Positions 15,156-30,036 of a DNA stretch of 64,000 nt are shown here, in pieces. The position numbers were made by a program, and so were the translations under genes. The notes beneath the pieces are model-generated. The model ran no database searches, was not told the origin of the DNA, and was given only the letters and a program-made list of their open reading frames with translations. Source of the stretch: the human T2T-CHM13v2.0 reference genome, Homo sapiens. The DNA lies in the NCBI RefSeq assembly GCF_009914755.1, contig NC_060932.1; one strand, given 5' to 3'. Position 1 is the first letter of the stretch. Each line of letters begins with the position of its first letter.

Positions 15156-15311
15156 GAACAAAATTGGAATCCGATTATGTAGAAAAAATGGGGAAATTGT
15201 AATTAGACAACAGACTACAATGTCTGCTACACATAAGTACTCAGAACGTTATAATCAATTAATACATGTTTGTTGGATAAATGAATGGATTTCCAAGCAA
15301 AGAAAACATAA

Positions 15312-15527
15312 GGAGGCTAGGAGGTCCAAGATCAAGGGCCTGGCAGATTCAGTGTCTGGTGAAGGCCAACTTCCTGATTCATAGACAGCCATTTTCCCCC
15401 GTGTCTTCACATGGTAGAAGAGGTAAACAGCTTCCTCAGACCTCTTTTGTAAGGGACTAATTCCATTCAGGAGGGTAGCCCTTATGACTTAATCACCTCC
15501 AAATGCCATCACCTTCAGGGGTAAGAT
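15312..15527 (-). mobile_element. MaLR (MST/MLT1A) LTR fragment, near-copy of 17006-17236
   Basis: Includes 61 bp identical to 17091-17151. Confidence 0.85.
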
Positions 15528-15571
15528 ATAAGGAATTTAAAGAGACACCGTAATTCATAAACTATATATTT

Positions 15572-15966
15572 TGTCAACCTTAAATGATGAGATTCAGAAA
15601 ATATGATTAAGTATAGAGTTTACTCCAGCCCAAAGCTTGAGAATGACCTTCTGATGAATAGCAGTTACAAGTGGGGTGTAAGGAAAAAAGAAGAGGCAAT
15701 TCCTAAATTGTTACCAGGAATTTACATTGAAATAACATAAGCTCTTGATTGGCTATTCATTTTTTGTTTGTATCACAAAGTTCAGGAACATAAAGATAGT
15801 GGGTGAGGCAGCTAGACAGGAACAAAATGCTTTTACACAGTTGCCCCTGGGCATGGGTTGGAAGAGGCATGACTGAAGTTCCATACTCATGACTCTCTGG
15901 GCCTAAGAGAGTCATTTTGCATACCTCACATAGCTCAGACTACTCTGAGCTATTTTTCTTTTCTCA
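15572..15966 (-). mobile_element. ERV1 solo LTR (MER65-like)
   Basis: Minus strand starts TGAGAAAAGAAAAATAGCTCAGAGTAGTCTGAGCTATGTGAGGTATGCAAAAT and ends TTGACA. Confidence 0.7.
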
Positions 15967-16609
15967 TAAGAGAAAATGAGTATGCCATTTGTGATTTTGT
16001 TTCTTCTCAACTCTAGATTGATCCTTCATTGCCTGCTCTGTTAAAATAGAGCTAGGTCCTTTAAGTAATTTTTCTTTACCAGATGGCATGATGGTAAACT
16101 TTGTCAGTGGACAGCACTGGAGAGACATTGCAAAAGAAAAAGGTTTCCTTCCTGGTGGGCATATGTTCCCTCTGCAGGCTCCTGCACCCAGGGCTGCTTT
16201 TCTGGGTCCTACTAAATGGGCAACTTCAACATTGTCCAGCCAGGTCCTGCAACACATGTACCTTCATCAGCCTTTGGTTCCTGCAGTGCAGAGCAGCAAC
16301 AGCACCCAGTGGCCAACAGTTTCCTTCCCACCACACCCCACTCCTCCCTCAGGCAATTTTGCTACCGAGTGCCCGCATTGAGACACCTCACCATGAACAG
16401 CTTTCCCAGAAACCTAAGAGGAAGATTTCTGCAAAGTTCCAGAAGGAAGATTTCCAGCAAGTTCTGTCAGCATGGCACTACAGTAACTTCTCTGCCATTC
16501 AGTGAGACACAGCTGTGTCCTCTTCAACAAGGTCTGGATCTCAATCCTGGGGGGCCTCTTCCTTGGATGCTCTAGCTCAGCCCCAGGGAGGAGTAGCTGT
16601 TATTCCTGT

Positions 16610-17281
<672 letters not shown>

Positions 17282-17546
17282 CCTATATTCTTTAGAGGTG
17301 TCTTTGCTTCTTACTAGCCAATCCCTTGTTACTCCAGTCCTCAGTTATAGTTAATAATTCTTTATATTAAACTTTTCCTGTTCAAATAACTGTGGTCTCT
17401 ATCTCTTGTGGTTTCTGTATCAGATTGGACCTTGACTGAGACAGAGAGTAATAGCAAAGAATCCCAGGCCCCACTATAAACTCAGAAAAATGATTTAGAT
17501 AAGATCAGATTGATTTCACTTTCAGTTCAACACATAATTATCTACA

Positions 17547-17901
17547 TCAGCAGATCTCAAACTTTTCTGTCTCGGTACCATTTTACACTTTTAAAAACTA
17601 TGGAGAAGCTTAAAGAGCTTTTGTTTATGTGGATTATATTTATCAATATTAAGAAATTAAAACTGAGAAAATTTTAAAACACAAGATACATAAGCACACA
17701 TTTCATTAGGCATCAGATCAATGATATCATTACATATCCATGTGGCATCTGGAAAACTCCATCATACACTCATGAAAGAAGGAGACTGAAAAAGGCAAAT
17801 AATATTTAAACCTTGTTTTTAAATAGTTTTGACCTTGTGGACCCCTTGAAATGGTCTCAGATACCCCCGGAGGTACCTGGATCACACTTTAAGAACTATT
17901 G
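17547..17901. mobile_element. hAT-Charlie-like non-autonomous DNA transposon
   Basis: cagcagatctcaaactt...cacactttaagaactattg degenerate TIRs; Charlie-like internal aagagcttttgtttatgtgg. Confidence 0.65.
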
Positions 17902-18384
17902 ATCTAAACTAACTTTATATAAACACAATAACTAAGACCTATGAAGGGAAAATATAGAAAATATGGCCCTTGCCCTCTCAGAACTGCTTAGTTGAAGATA
18001 TAGAGTATATATTCATGAAAGAGTAAAATAACAATTCAATTCTGTATGTAATAAACTATCAGTAAGTTCTATCATTCAGAAAAGTGCTGTAGTTCAGGCT
18101 GATAACAGGCTGGAGCTCAGCAAAAAAAAAAAAAAAAGAAAGAAAGAAAAAAATGGCTTTCATTTTATAAAATTCACCCTCCTTATACAGTAGTTACAAG
18201 GAGAAAAAACGTTTCCTTTATGTACAAACCTAAGTTCCAGAACAAGCTGAAGATCTCTCAAAACACAGCAATGATTGGCTAAGACACTAAACACAGCCAC
18301 AGAGCTAAGGAAGAGAAAAGAACCAACACTAAGAATCTGAAAGACTCCATAAGATGAAGCCCTTTCATAGTGAGTCTTTAGTTA

Positions 18385-19000
<616 letters not shown>

Positions 19001-19743
19001 AATTAATTAGTTAAAAAATATATAAGAAACCTAAACTCTATAAACTAATGTTTCTTGCTTTAATCATTTTTCTTTATATATTTTTGATCTTTCAATTTCT
19101 TTTTATTCCTGCCTGTGGCCTCTATGAATAATTTCTAATGTGTCTTGACTGAACTAAGCAGAAAGAAGACTTGTTTACTTCTAGGCGAGGAGAGTTAGGG
19201 AAGTAAGAATACCCCTAGATAAATGTGTACTGGTGGCATCAGTTAATGCTGTTGGAAAACAGGGCAATGAGGCCTAGAGCAGGAGCGAAAAAAGAGGAGA
19301 GGTAGATGCTTAGTAGACAGAGAGAAGCTGCAGTAAACTCAGCTGCCCTAAGGCCAGTCTGAGCATGTGATACATTCAAAGTAAGCTCAAATTCAATTGC
19401 AAAAAGTTTGGAAAGATGAAAATTTTTACTAAAAATCTCACAGAAGTGCCGAGGGAGGAATTGTATGCATATTAACACAGCAAAACTTCCCAAAAATCCT
19501 CTTTACCGGTCTTTTTCCCTAAAGTTTTCCTGAAAACCTGCCCAAATAACTTCTCCAAATAACTTCACCAAACTCTCAAGGTTATTCCATTTTCTCATAC
19601 TCACCCTTCTCTCCCTCCCCACAATCCCGCCCCCACCCTACCATTGAGGCCGTTTACCTTCCTTGGCTATTACTTCAAGACCTTTCCCCCAACACACAAA
19701 ATAATAATTTAACCTTCTTCTTTGTTTTTGTTTTGTTTGTTTG

Positions 19744-19745
<2 letters not shown>

Positions 19746-19779
<34 letters not shown>

Positions 19780-20105
19780 TTGTGGCTTTTTTGTTTGTTT
19801 GATTTTTGGGGGGGGCGGTTTGAGACAAGGTCTCACTCTGTCACCCAGGCTGGAGTCCAGTGGTGTGATTTCGGCTCACTGCAGCCTCAAATTCCCAGGC
19901 TCAGGTAATCCTCTTGCCTCAGCCTCCGGAGTAGCTGGGACTACAGGTGTGCATCACTAGGCCTGACGAATTTTTACAATTTTTTGTAGCACCAGGGATT
20001 CCCACTATGTTGCCCAGGCTGGTCTTGAACTCCTGGGCTCAAGCAATCCTCCTGCCTCGGCCTCCCAAGTGGTAGGACTACAGCATGAACCACCATGCCC
20101 AGACT
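19746..20105 (-). mobile_element. AluJ with (GT)n microsatellite in its tail region
   Basis: (GT)n at ~19747-19776 followed by an antisense Alu at 19819-20105. Confidence 0.85.
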
Positions 20106-20821
20106 AACCTCTTCCTTAACTCAACATAGATGGAGAGATAAGAAATGAAGGATCCTTCCTTCAGTGGGTGGGAGAAGTAAAGGGAGAAAGACTGAATATT
20201 CAAACTTTAATATTTTTGTTCCTTTCAAACATTCTTTTTACCAGCATTTATTCATTAAGTTGCCAGACACAGATAATGAAGTGTGGTCCCTAACCTGACA
20301 CTATGGAATATCCATCCCCATTACAATCTTCTTTTTGCTCTTTCTTTGGAATTCCTTTCCAAAGGGAGTGATTCCCTTACAAAAGGTAATTTTTTGCTTA
20401 ATAAAGTGATTATTTTACAAAAAATTATCCATGGAATACTTTTACGTGGTTAATTTCCCTCAGGTATTTAAACTACGATTTCAATCTCAGTCTTTAGGAG
20501 AAAGAGGGTAAGATGACTGTGGCTTCTAAAATTTCCTTTGAAACAAAGTCAAAGATATTAGGAAAGTTATCTCAGGGGCACCTTGCGAATAAATCATCAT
20601 CCAAGGGTTTTGAGTAACTCAAAAGTAAAAAAAATAGATTTTTCTGCCATATAATCAGTTGTTATAAAATACCGTCGACAAAGAACTGTTGAATTATCTC
20701 TTTATATTTAGCCACAAATAAGGGGAGAAAGTAATAGAGAAGGGTCTGAACACCACAGATTTATGCTTAGTAAATGGAAATTATTTTGAAAAAAATAAAG
20801 AGTAAGGGCATTAAAAATATA

Positions 20822-21337
20822 GGCTGGGTGCCGTGGCTAACACCTGTAATCCCAGCACTTTGAGAAGCTGAGGCAGGTGGTTCACTTGAGGCCAGGAGTT
20901 CAAGACCAGCCTGGCCAACATGGTGAAACCCCGTCTCTACTGAAAATACAAAAAATTAGCTGGGCATAGTGGTGCATATCAGTAATCCAGCCACTCAGGA
21001 GGCTGAGGCACGAGAATCACTTGAACCCAGTAGGTGGAGTTTGCAGTGAGCCAAGAACGCACCACTCCACTGCACTCCAGCCTGGGCAACAGAGTGAGAC
21101 TCTGGTTAAAAAAAAAAAAAAAAAAAAAGACCAGCCTCGGCAACATGGTGAAACCCTTTCTCTACAAAAAATACAAAAATTACCTGGGTGTGGTGGCACC
21201 TGTCTGTAGTCTCAGCTACTCAGGAGACTAAGGCAGGAGGATCTCTTGAGCCCTGGAGGTGGAGGCTGCAGTGAGCATGATCACACCACTGCACTCCAGC
21301 CTGGGGCAACAGAGTGACAACCTGTCTCAAGAAAAAA

Positions 21338-21376
<39 letters not shown>

Positions 21377-21410
21377 TACGTTTTATATATATTTATATAC
21401 ACACACATAA
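20822..21410 (+). mobile_element. AluS + partial AluJ + (TA)n(CA)n tail
   Basis: A full Alu to 21128, a second Alu starting at gaccagcc, and microsatellite at 21340-21410. Confidence 0.85.
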
Positions 21411-21424
21411 CTTATTAATTCCTA

Positions 21425-21995
21425 TCTGTATTAATTGCCTATTGCCGAATATCAAATTATCCCCAAATGTAACCATTTAACATTTATTACCTCCTAGTCT
21501 CTGTAAGTCAGAAATCCAGGTGCAACTTATCAGGACCCTTCAGTTCAGGGCCTCTCAAAAGGCTGCAGTTGAGGCACCAGCCCTGTGTCTCTCCCAAGGC
21601 TTTAGTCAAGGTGATGGCCAGGGCCATAGTCACCTCAAGATTTAACTGGGACAGGATCCACTTCCAAGCTCATTCAGGTGTTTTTGGCAAGATTCAGTTC
21701 CTCATGGGTGCTGAACTCAAGACTTCTGTTCCTTACTACCAGTTGGCCTTTGAGAGGCCCCTCAGGTCCCAGCCATGTGGCCGTCTCTAGAGGGCAGCAC
21801 TCAGCATAGAGGCTGGCTTCATCCAAGTGAACAAGTGGAGAGAAGACAAGAGAGCAAGCAAAATGGAAGTCACAGTCTTTTGCAACCTAATCAGAGAAGT
21901 GGCATCCTATTATTTTTTTCTCTGTTCTATCAGGTAGAAACAAATCACTATGTCCAGCCCACACTCAAAGAGAGAGGATTACACAGAGCTTGAGT
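21425..21995 (-). mobile_element. MLT1F/G-like MaLR LTR
   Basis: atccacttccaagctcattca...gttggcaagattcagttcctc and cagcccacactcaaagagagagg motifs. Confidence 0.65.
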
Positions 21996-21999
21996 ACCA

Positions 22000-23975
22000 A
22001 GAGATAACTTTTGGGAGGGAGGGATATGTTCATTGTCTTGATTGTGGTGATGGCTTCACAAATGTGTATATAAATCAAAACTTATCAAACAATTGATGTA
22101 CAATAAACTGCACTTGAATTATGTACAGTTTATTGTATGTCAATTATATCTCCACAAAGCTGTTTCAAAAATAAAGCATTATTTTATCTGTGTGCAAAAC
22201 TGAGGTTCTTTAAAGCAGGAACTATTTCAATAATTCTACCATTTCACCTTAAGAACTCTAAAAAAAGAAAAAAAAAGTACAGGGTCTAGCATGGTGGCTC
22301 ATGCCTGTAACCCCATGGCTTTGGGAGGCTGAAGTGAGAGGATTGTTTGAGCCCAGGGGTTGGAGATTACAGTGACCTCCACTGCACCCCAGTCTGGGCA
22401 AAAAAGAGAGACCTGGTCTCAAAAAAAAAAAAAAAAAAAAATTTAAAAATGTAAAAAATAAAAATAAAAAGTTTGGACTTGACAGTTCTATGGAAAATGG
22501 AAAAAGATGAAAATAATAATAGTAATAAAAAATACAAGGTTGTCTACTGCAGACTATAAGAAAAATAGGACTTCAACAATCAGGAAAGACAAAGTATCTT
22601 TCTAATCCAGTGGCTCTAACTTTAGTATGCATTAAAATCACTTGGAGAATCTGCATTTCTAAGTTTTCAGGAAATGTTGATGCTGCTGGTCCAGAGACCA
22701 TACTTTCAGAATCAGTGTTCTAGTTCATCAGCAATAATCAACTAGAAATTGGGAAAGAAAAAGATAGCATTCACAAATATAACAAGCTCCATAAAATACA
22801 TAGAAATAATCCAAAAGAAAACTATATAAAACCTATATGAATTTTAAAAAAAATAGTGAAGGGCATGCAAGAAGCTCTGAATAAAAGATATACCATGTTC
22901 CTAAATGAGACGATGCAATATTTAAAATTTTTAAATTCTCCTTGAATTAATATATAAATTTAGTTAACTGCAATTTTTTAAAGTCTCAAAAGGACCTTTT
23001 ACAGAATTTAACAAGTTAATTCTCAAGTTAAAATGGAAAAGGAAATACATAAAAAGAGCCAATGAGGTTTTGAAAAAATGAGCAATTAAGAGAGACTTGT
23101 CCTAGCAGGTGGCAAAACATGGAATAAAACCATGGAAATTGGCCAGCCTTACACCTATAATCCCAACACTTTGGGAGGCTGAGGCAGGCAGACCGTTAGA
23201 ACTCAGGAGTCTGAAAACAGCCTGGGCAACATGGGGAAATCAAGTCTCTACAAAAAAATGCAAAAAATTAGCTGGGCGTGGTGGCATGCGCCTGTAGTCC
23301 CAGATACTCAGGAAACTGAGGTGGGAGGATCACTTGAGCCTGGGAGGTTGAGGCTGCAGTGAGCCTTGATCACACCATTGCACTCCAGTCTGGGTAACAG
23401 AGTGAGATCCTGTCTCAAAAACAAAACAAAACAATGGAAATTAAAACAGTGTGGTATTGGCTGGGCACAGTGGCTCATGCCTGTAATCTCAGCACTTGGT
23501 AGGCCGAGGCAGGTGGATTGTTTGAGCTCAGGAGTTTGAGACCAGCCTGGGCAACATGGTGAAACCTCCCTGTCTCTGTCAAAAATACAAAAAAAATTAG
23601 CTAGGCATGGTCCTTAGCTAATTAGCACGTCTGTGGTCCCAGCTACTCAGGAGGCTAAGGTGGGAAGATTGCTTGCGCCTGGGACGTGGAGGCTGCAGTA
23701 GCCAAGATCATGCTACCATGTACTCCAGCCTGGGTAATGGAGTAAGACTCCCTAAAAATAAATAAATAAATAAAGTGGTATTAACTTAGATATAGATAAA
23801 TTAATATATATAATATATAATAAATAATAAGCCCAGAACATAACCATTTTTATCTGGAAATGTTGTTTATGATAAAGTGACATTTTACATCACAGAGAAC
23901 AGATCACTCAATAAATTAGGATGAAACAGGTGACTTTTTGGAATACATAAAATAAAGTTAGATCTCTGTTTCTAT
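22000..23975 (+). mobile_element. Old L1M (L1ME-like) fragments with inserted FRAM (22283-22440), MER5A (22607-22720) and two AluJ (23141-23433, 23459-23773)
   Basis: A-rich decayed ORF2-like sequence (aaacagtgtggtattgg, ataccatgttc) and an L1M 3' end (tcaattatatctccacaaagctgtt). Confidence 0.6.
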
Positions 23976-24473
23976 AACTCTGCATCAGTTAGGCTTCTTT
24001 ATATTGCAAGCAATTGATGATCCAGCCCAAACTGCCTTACTCAACAAAGGGCCCATTTAACTGAAAGACCCTGAAATAGAGCAATTCCAAATTTAGGATT
24101 TGCTTTGAGTTGGTGGCTCAGTACTGACATGAAAGACATTGGAGTTTTTGTTTATTCACTTGTTTTATGTTTTCTTTTTCTGCCTCTTCATTCTGACATA
24201 GGCAGTGTCAGCTGCTTCCTAAGACTTCAATGGCTGCCGAATTTGCCAAGCTCCAAATCTTACACAAAACTGCCCCAAAGGAGAAAAATACTATCTTTTG
24301 GTAGCTCCTTTATATAAGAAGGAGAAACCTCCTCTTCCAGAATGCTTCCACAACCTCTTCTTGTCATTGGCTCAAACTGTCGGCTTGACCATTCCCTAGC
24401 AGGCAATGATTTAGTTTACGCCTGAAACAACAACTGGCTTATCTGAATAAATCTTTGTGGAAAGAGGGATGGA

Positions 24474-24898
24474 AGCCGTGCCTGGTGGCTCACGCCTGTA
24501 ATCCCAGCACTTTGGGAGGCTGAGGCGGGTGGATCACTTGAGGTTAGAAGTTCAAGAACAGCCTGGCCAACATGGCAAAACCCCGTCTCTACTACAAAGA
24601 CAAAAATTTGCCGGGCGTGATGGTGCATGCCTGTAATCCCAGCTACTCCAGCGCTTTGGGAGGCCGAGTGGGAGTATCGCTTGAGCCCAGGAGTTCAAGT
24701 CCAGCATAGCCAACAAAATGGGACTGCGTCTCTTAGAAAAATGAATTAATTAAGCCAGGTGCAGTGGCACATTCGTCCTAGCTACTCAGGAGGCTGTGGT
24801 GGGAGAATCACTTAAACCCAGGAGTTCAAGGCTATGGTTGTGCCACTGCACTCCAGCCTGGGCGACAGAACAGACCCTGTCTCTAAAATAAAATAAAA
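24474..24898 (+). mobile_element. Chimeric three-arm Alu (AluS 5' part fused to AluJ)
   Basis: Junction agctactc|cagcgctttgggagg at 24648/24649. Confidence 0.8.
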
Positions 24899-25208
24899 TT
24901 TAAAAAGGCATTTTGTTTAGCAAGTAAAAAATTGTGAGCCACTATGCCCAGTCCTACCTTTTTTATTTTAAAATTATAAAACAGCCATGGGCTTCAAGGA
25001 GACCAAACTCCTTCCCATTACATGAGAAGAAATCTTAATTAGACTATGTCCAAATCTAAATAATTTCATTATCTTTGCAATAATTGGTTCAGCTATGGGA
25101 ATATGATGTCATTCTAGCCAATAAGATGAGAAGAAAGGAAATAGAAGAGAACACAGCCTGCAAGGGGGCTGACAGTATCCCAACACAGCTTGGTTTTGTG
25201 TGTGTGTG

Positions 25209-25504
25209 TTTTTGTTTTTTTTTGAGACAGGGATTGGCTCTGTTGCCCAAGCAGAAGTGCCTTGGTGCAATCTCGGTTCACTGTAACCTCTACCTCTTGG
25301 GCTCAAGCCATCCTCCCACCTCAGCCTCCCCAGTAGCTGGGATTACAGGCCCGCACCATCATGCTCAGCTAATTTTTGTACTTTTTGTAGAGATGGGGTT
25401 TCACCATGTTGGCCAGGCTGGTCTCCAACTCCTGAGCTCAAGGTATCCTCCTGCCTCAGCCTCCAGAGTGCTGGGATTACAGGTGTGAGCCACTGTGCCC
25501 GGCC
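25209..25504 (-). mobile_element. AluJ inside an old MLT1 LTR
   Basis: Antisense Alu flanked by aacacag on both sides. Confidence 0.8.
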
Positions 25505-27593
25505 CAAACACAGTCTTAAAGAATGTCAATGATTATTGCTAGCATGATCAGATGGTTATTCCAACTGCAGCTGTTCTTCTAAATATGCACTGGGGCAAAA
25601 TGCTACAGCTTCAGTCACTGGTATACAGCTTTGGAGCTAGGAAGTGTTTTTTCTACTTTCCAATAAGCAAAGTACACCAGAAGCACTTTGCTTTCACGTG
25701 ACAAAAACTGACAATGGTTGGAGCAGAGCATCCCAGTGGCAATGACTTGAGATTGTCACTTAGTTCCTTCTGGATCCCTGGACTTGCTCTGGTTCTTATC
25801 CTCTCTGAGACCCTATTCTATAGTTTTTGCCTCGATTCTATGGCTACATCATGGCCCTCTAATAACTTTCTTTTTTTACTTAGAGTTCATTTCTGTTACT
25901 TGCAAGAACCCTACTAGCTATACCGACTTATTTTTTTAAACCACGTATTTATTTCACTGAGTTTTTGTTTTGCATTCAGTTTTATAATATATTTATCAAT
26001 TTTATGTCTTATGTGCTTACTTGATTTTGTTACATGTCAGCAGTTCTTTTCTACCACAACTTCCTCATTCTTAAATTCTTAAGTTTTGACGAGTCTCTCA
26101 ATGTAATAGAGCTCATCTTTAAGAAACTTTTCAGACAGAACACATAGATGGTCTAATTCTGAGATCTTTTATAACTGAGAATGCCATTCTTTTGACATCA
26201 CACATGACAGCACTCCCACCCTCAGTTTCTATGGGTATTGCTTTATTGTTTTATGGTATTTGGTGTTACTCAGAAGCCTGAGGCCAATCTGATATTTTTC
26301 CGCTGAAAGTAACCATTTTTCCACGTTCATATACTTGGAAGTTTTCTCATATGTTTTCTTATTATTTCTGCTTCCTTTGTTATTTTTACCTTTATAAGTT
26401 CTACACAGTTAGTCTGGACTCTTGCAGTTGCTAATGAAGAAAATCAACTTCAAATTGATCAGCATTCAATTGTGGGCAAAAGAATTCATTGAAGCCAGTT
26501 TAAGCAGAGAGATACTTACTAAAGTGTATTAACTTGCTGCAGAATGATTGGAAGACTTGTAGCAGGAGGCTGGACTTTCAGGAACTCCTGGAGCTACATT
26601 GAAATCTACCTCAGCAAAGTTGCTGCTACCACTGCCGCTGCACCACTACTGACTTAAAGACCAGGCTGCCTTTAAGCCATGGTCAAGAAAGTTGCCAGAG
26701 TAGGAAGTTGCTGTTGTCACTGCTGGTTGCACAGAGCTAGGAACTGACAAGACATCAGAGCTTCTGACAGCTGCTGCAAAAGCACCAAAATGCCTCTGCC
26801 ACTGTGCTGCTGGAATAGCCACCTCATAGGACCCATAACCCTCTTCCAAATCTCATTCAGATGCATCTATGTGATGGATGCTACATCCCATGCAGAAATC
26901 CTCACTGCAAAGGTCTATGGGTAATGTAGACTTCCATCTTCCAGCCTCTGATGTACACGAAGTCTCATTAGTATGGGGTTGGAGCAGTATTGAGTGAACC
27001 AATTGATAGTGTCTGCCACACTCACTAGAATAAAACAAATTTGTTCACCCATGTCCCTGGGAAGGCCAAGGAATAGAGCTGACTCTAGAAACAAATGGAA
27101 GCAAAAGTTCAAACCATGTCACAGGCATTCTTTCTCTCTTCCTATTTTTCAGTTCTGATTTTATTCATTTAACTAACATTTATTAAGCAACTACTATGTT
27201 CCAGACACTGTTCTAAGTGCTGGGATGCCGCAGTGAACAAAACATACATAAGTCTTTGCCCCCTTGGTCCTGTTTTCTGGGAGAGCTTTGTTTTCTGGCA
27301 GATTATTTGAAAATGGCAGCAAAACTAGTTCCCAGTAGCTCCAAGCGTATAGGTTACTTAGTGCTTGAAATATCACAAGAAGAAAGGTTTTTCCTCCCCC
27401 AAAGCCCTATAAATTCCACACAATAAAAAGATTCTAATTGGTTTTATTATATGATGTATCCAAGACCAATCAGGTATTGAGGGGCATGTACCATATGTCC
27501 ACTGGATGTGGAGAGACTGTTCCCAAACACAAAAGGTGCTGAAACCACAAAGATAGAGTTGATGTCCGTTTCATTCCTAAACTATTCAGGATC

Positions 27594-27595
<2 letters not shown>

Positions 27596-27626
<31 letters not shown>
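27596..27626. repeat. (CA)n microsatellite
   Basis: Seen directly in the sequence. Confidence 0.95.
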
Positions 27627-27627
<1 letters not shown>

Positions 27628-27793
27628 TTTCATATACTTTAAAAAGTGCCCCCCCATGACAATGCAAATTTTTCTTCCACAAATGAAAACACACTCTCTT
27701 TCTCCCCAAAAGAAGAAACCTCAAAACTCATCTAGTCACCATATTGTGCTCTAAAGTCCCAGAATTTTAGGTCTAGATATGACTCTTCATTTA

Positions 27794-28120
<327 letters not shown>

Positions 28121-28774
28121 TCAACTCCATGAGCTAGTAACCAAAGCCAAAGATCTGCCAGGTCCTGAATTTTGAACCCGAACCCACAGCCCAATGGCTT
28201 TTTCTCTTTGCCACAGACCTTGATGCTGTGCCCATACGCCTCGCTCTTGGTTTAACTGTATTGTTCCTGGCTGTGTCCCAACACCCCAAGATCCAGTAGT
28301 CTTTCTCAGACCACATCCCAGTGGTTGTCTTTAGTAGCAGAATTACTGTCACCTTTGTAGTGCTGAGAAGTAACAGCAGGAGGTGTCTGGAGGAGGCCTG
28401 GGGGTCAAGCTTCTACCACAGCCAGGATCTTTTTCCCTCTTTTTTTAAAAAAAAGGTTTTTTTTTGTTTGTTTGTTTTTACTTTTAAAAATATTTCTTCC
28501 TAATTATGTGCTTACTTAACCCCAGCCAGTTTTATCTTCTGCAATTCCCACCTGCCTACCTTACCTCTCACTAACTTTAGCTCCAGGTTCAAGTAGGGAA
28601 TAGAGTCCTTAGACTTCTCCAAATGCACATGATCAGCTGCTTCTTAGTTATCCTACAGGTATCTCAGATATCTTGCTGGTTACAGACAGAAAGGGCCTCT
28701 CCACAGAGCTATATGTCATTCCCCTTCAGCATGCTGTTTATTCAGCATGCTGTTTAGGTTAAAGCCTTCTTGTT

Positions 28775-29650
28775 TAAAAAAACAGTTGTATAGAGATATA
28801 ATTTCCATGCCGCACAATTCACTCATTTAAAGTGTAAAGTTCAATGACTTTTTAATATCTTCACATAGTTGTGCATCCCTCACCATAATCCATTTTAGAA
28901 CATTTTTATCACTCCAAAGAAACCTAGCACTCACCTCTCAATTCCCTCATCCCTCCCAGTCCCTGGCAACTACTAATCTACTTTTTTTTTCTTTTTTTTT
29001 TTTGAGACAGAGTTTCGCTCTTGTTGCCCAGGCTGGAGTACAATGGTGACTTCTCAGTGCTCCCTGCAACCTCCGCTTTCTGGGTTCAAGTGATTCTCCC
29101 ACCTGAGCCTCTCAAGTTGCTGGGATTACAGGTATGCGCCACCATGCCTGGCTAATTTTGTATTTTTAGTAGAGATGGGGCTTCTCCGTGTTGGTAAGGC
29201 TGGTCTCGAACTCCTGACCTCAGGTGATCCGCCTGCCTCGGCCTTTCAAAGTGCTGGGATTACAGGTGTGAGCCACACATCTACTTTCCGTCTCTACAGA
29301 TTTACCTATTCTGGACATTTCATATGAATGGAATCATATAAAATGTGGTGCTTTGTGACTGGCTTCTTTCATTTAGCATAACATTGTCAAGGTTCATCCT
29401 TGTGGTAGCATATATCAGAACTTCTCCTTTTATTGCTGGATAATATTCCTTTGTGTGGATGTACTACATTTTCCTCAACCATTCATTAGTTGGTGGACAT
29501 TTGGTTGTTTCTTACTCTTGGCTATTATGATAATATTGCTGTAAACATTCATGTACAAGCTTTGATGTGGACATGTGTTTGCATTTCTTGTGGAATACCT
29601 AGGAGTGGAATTGCTGAGCCATATGCCAATAGCATGTTTAACTGCTTGAT
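28775..29650 (-). mobile_element. L1MB-type 3' end interrupted by AluS (28983-29276)
   Basis: ccctggcaactactaatctacttt and cctattctggacatttcatatgaatggaatcata are L1MB 3'UTR motifs. Confidence 0.8.
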
Positions 29651-29683
29651 GAAGGCTGTAATTTTCTTGAAATTATTAAAAGC

Positions 29684-30036
<353 letters not shown>

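Noticed and set aside
15964-16575. Cluster of overlapping 97-134 aa ORFs
   Set aside because: Lies in decayed ERVL/LTR-like sequence; no recognisable domain or exon structure.
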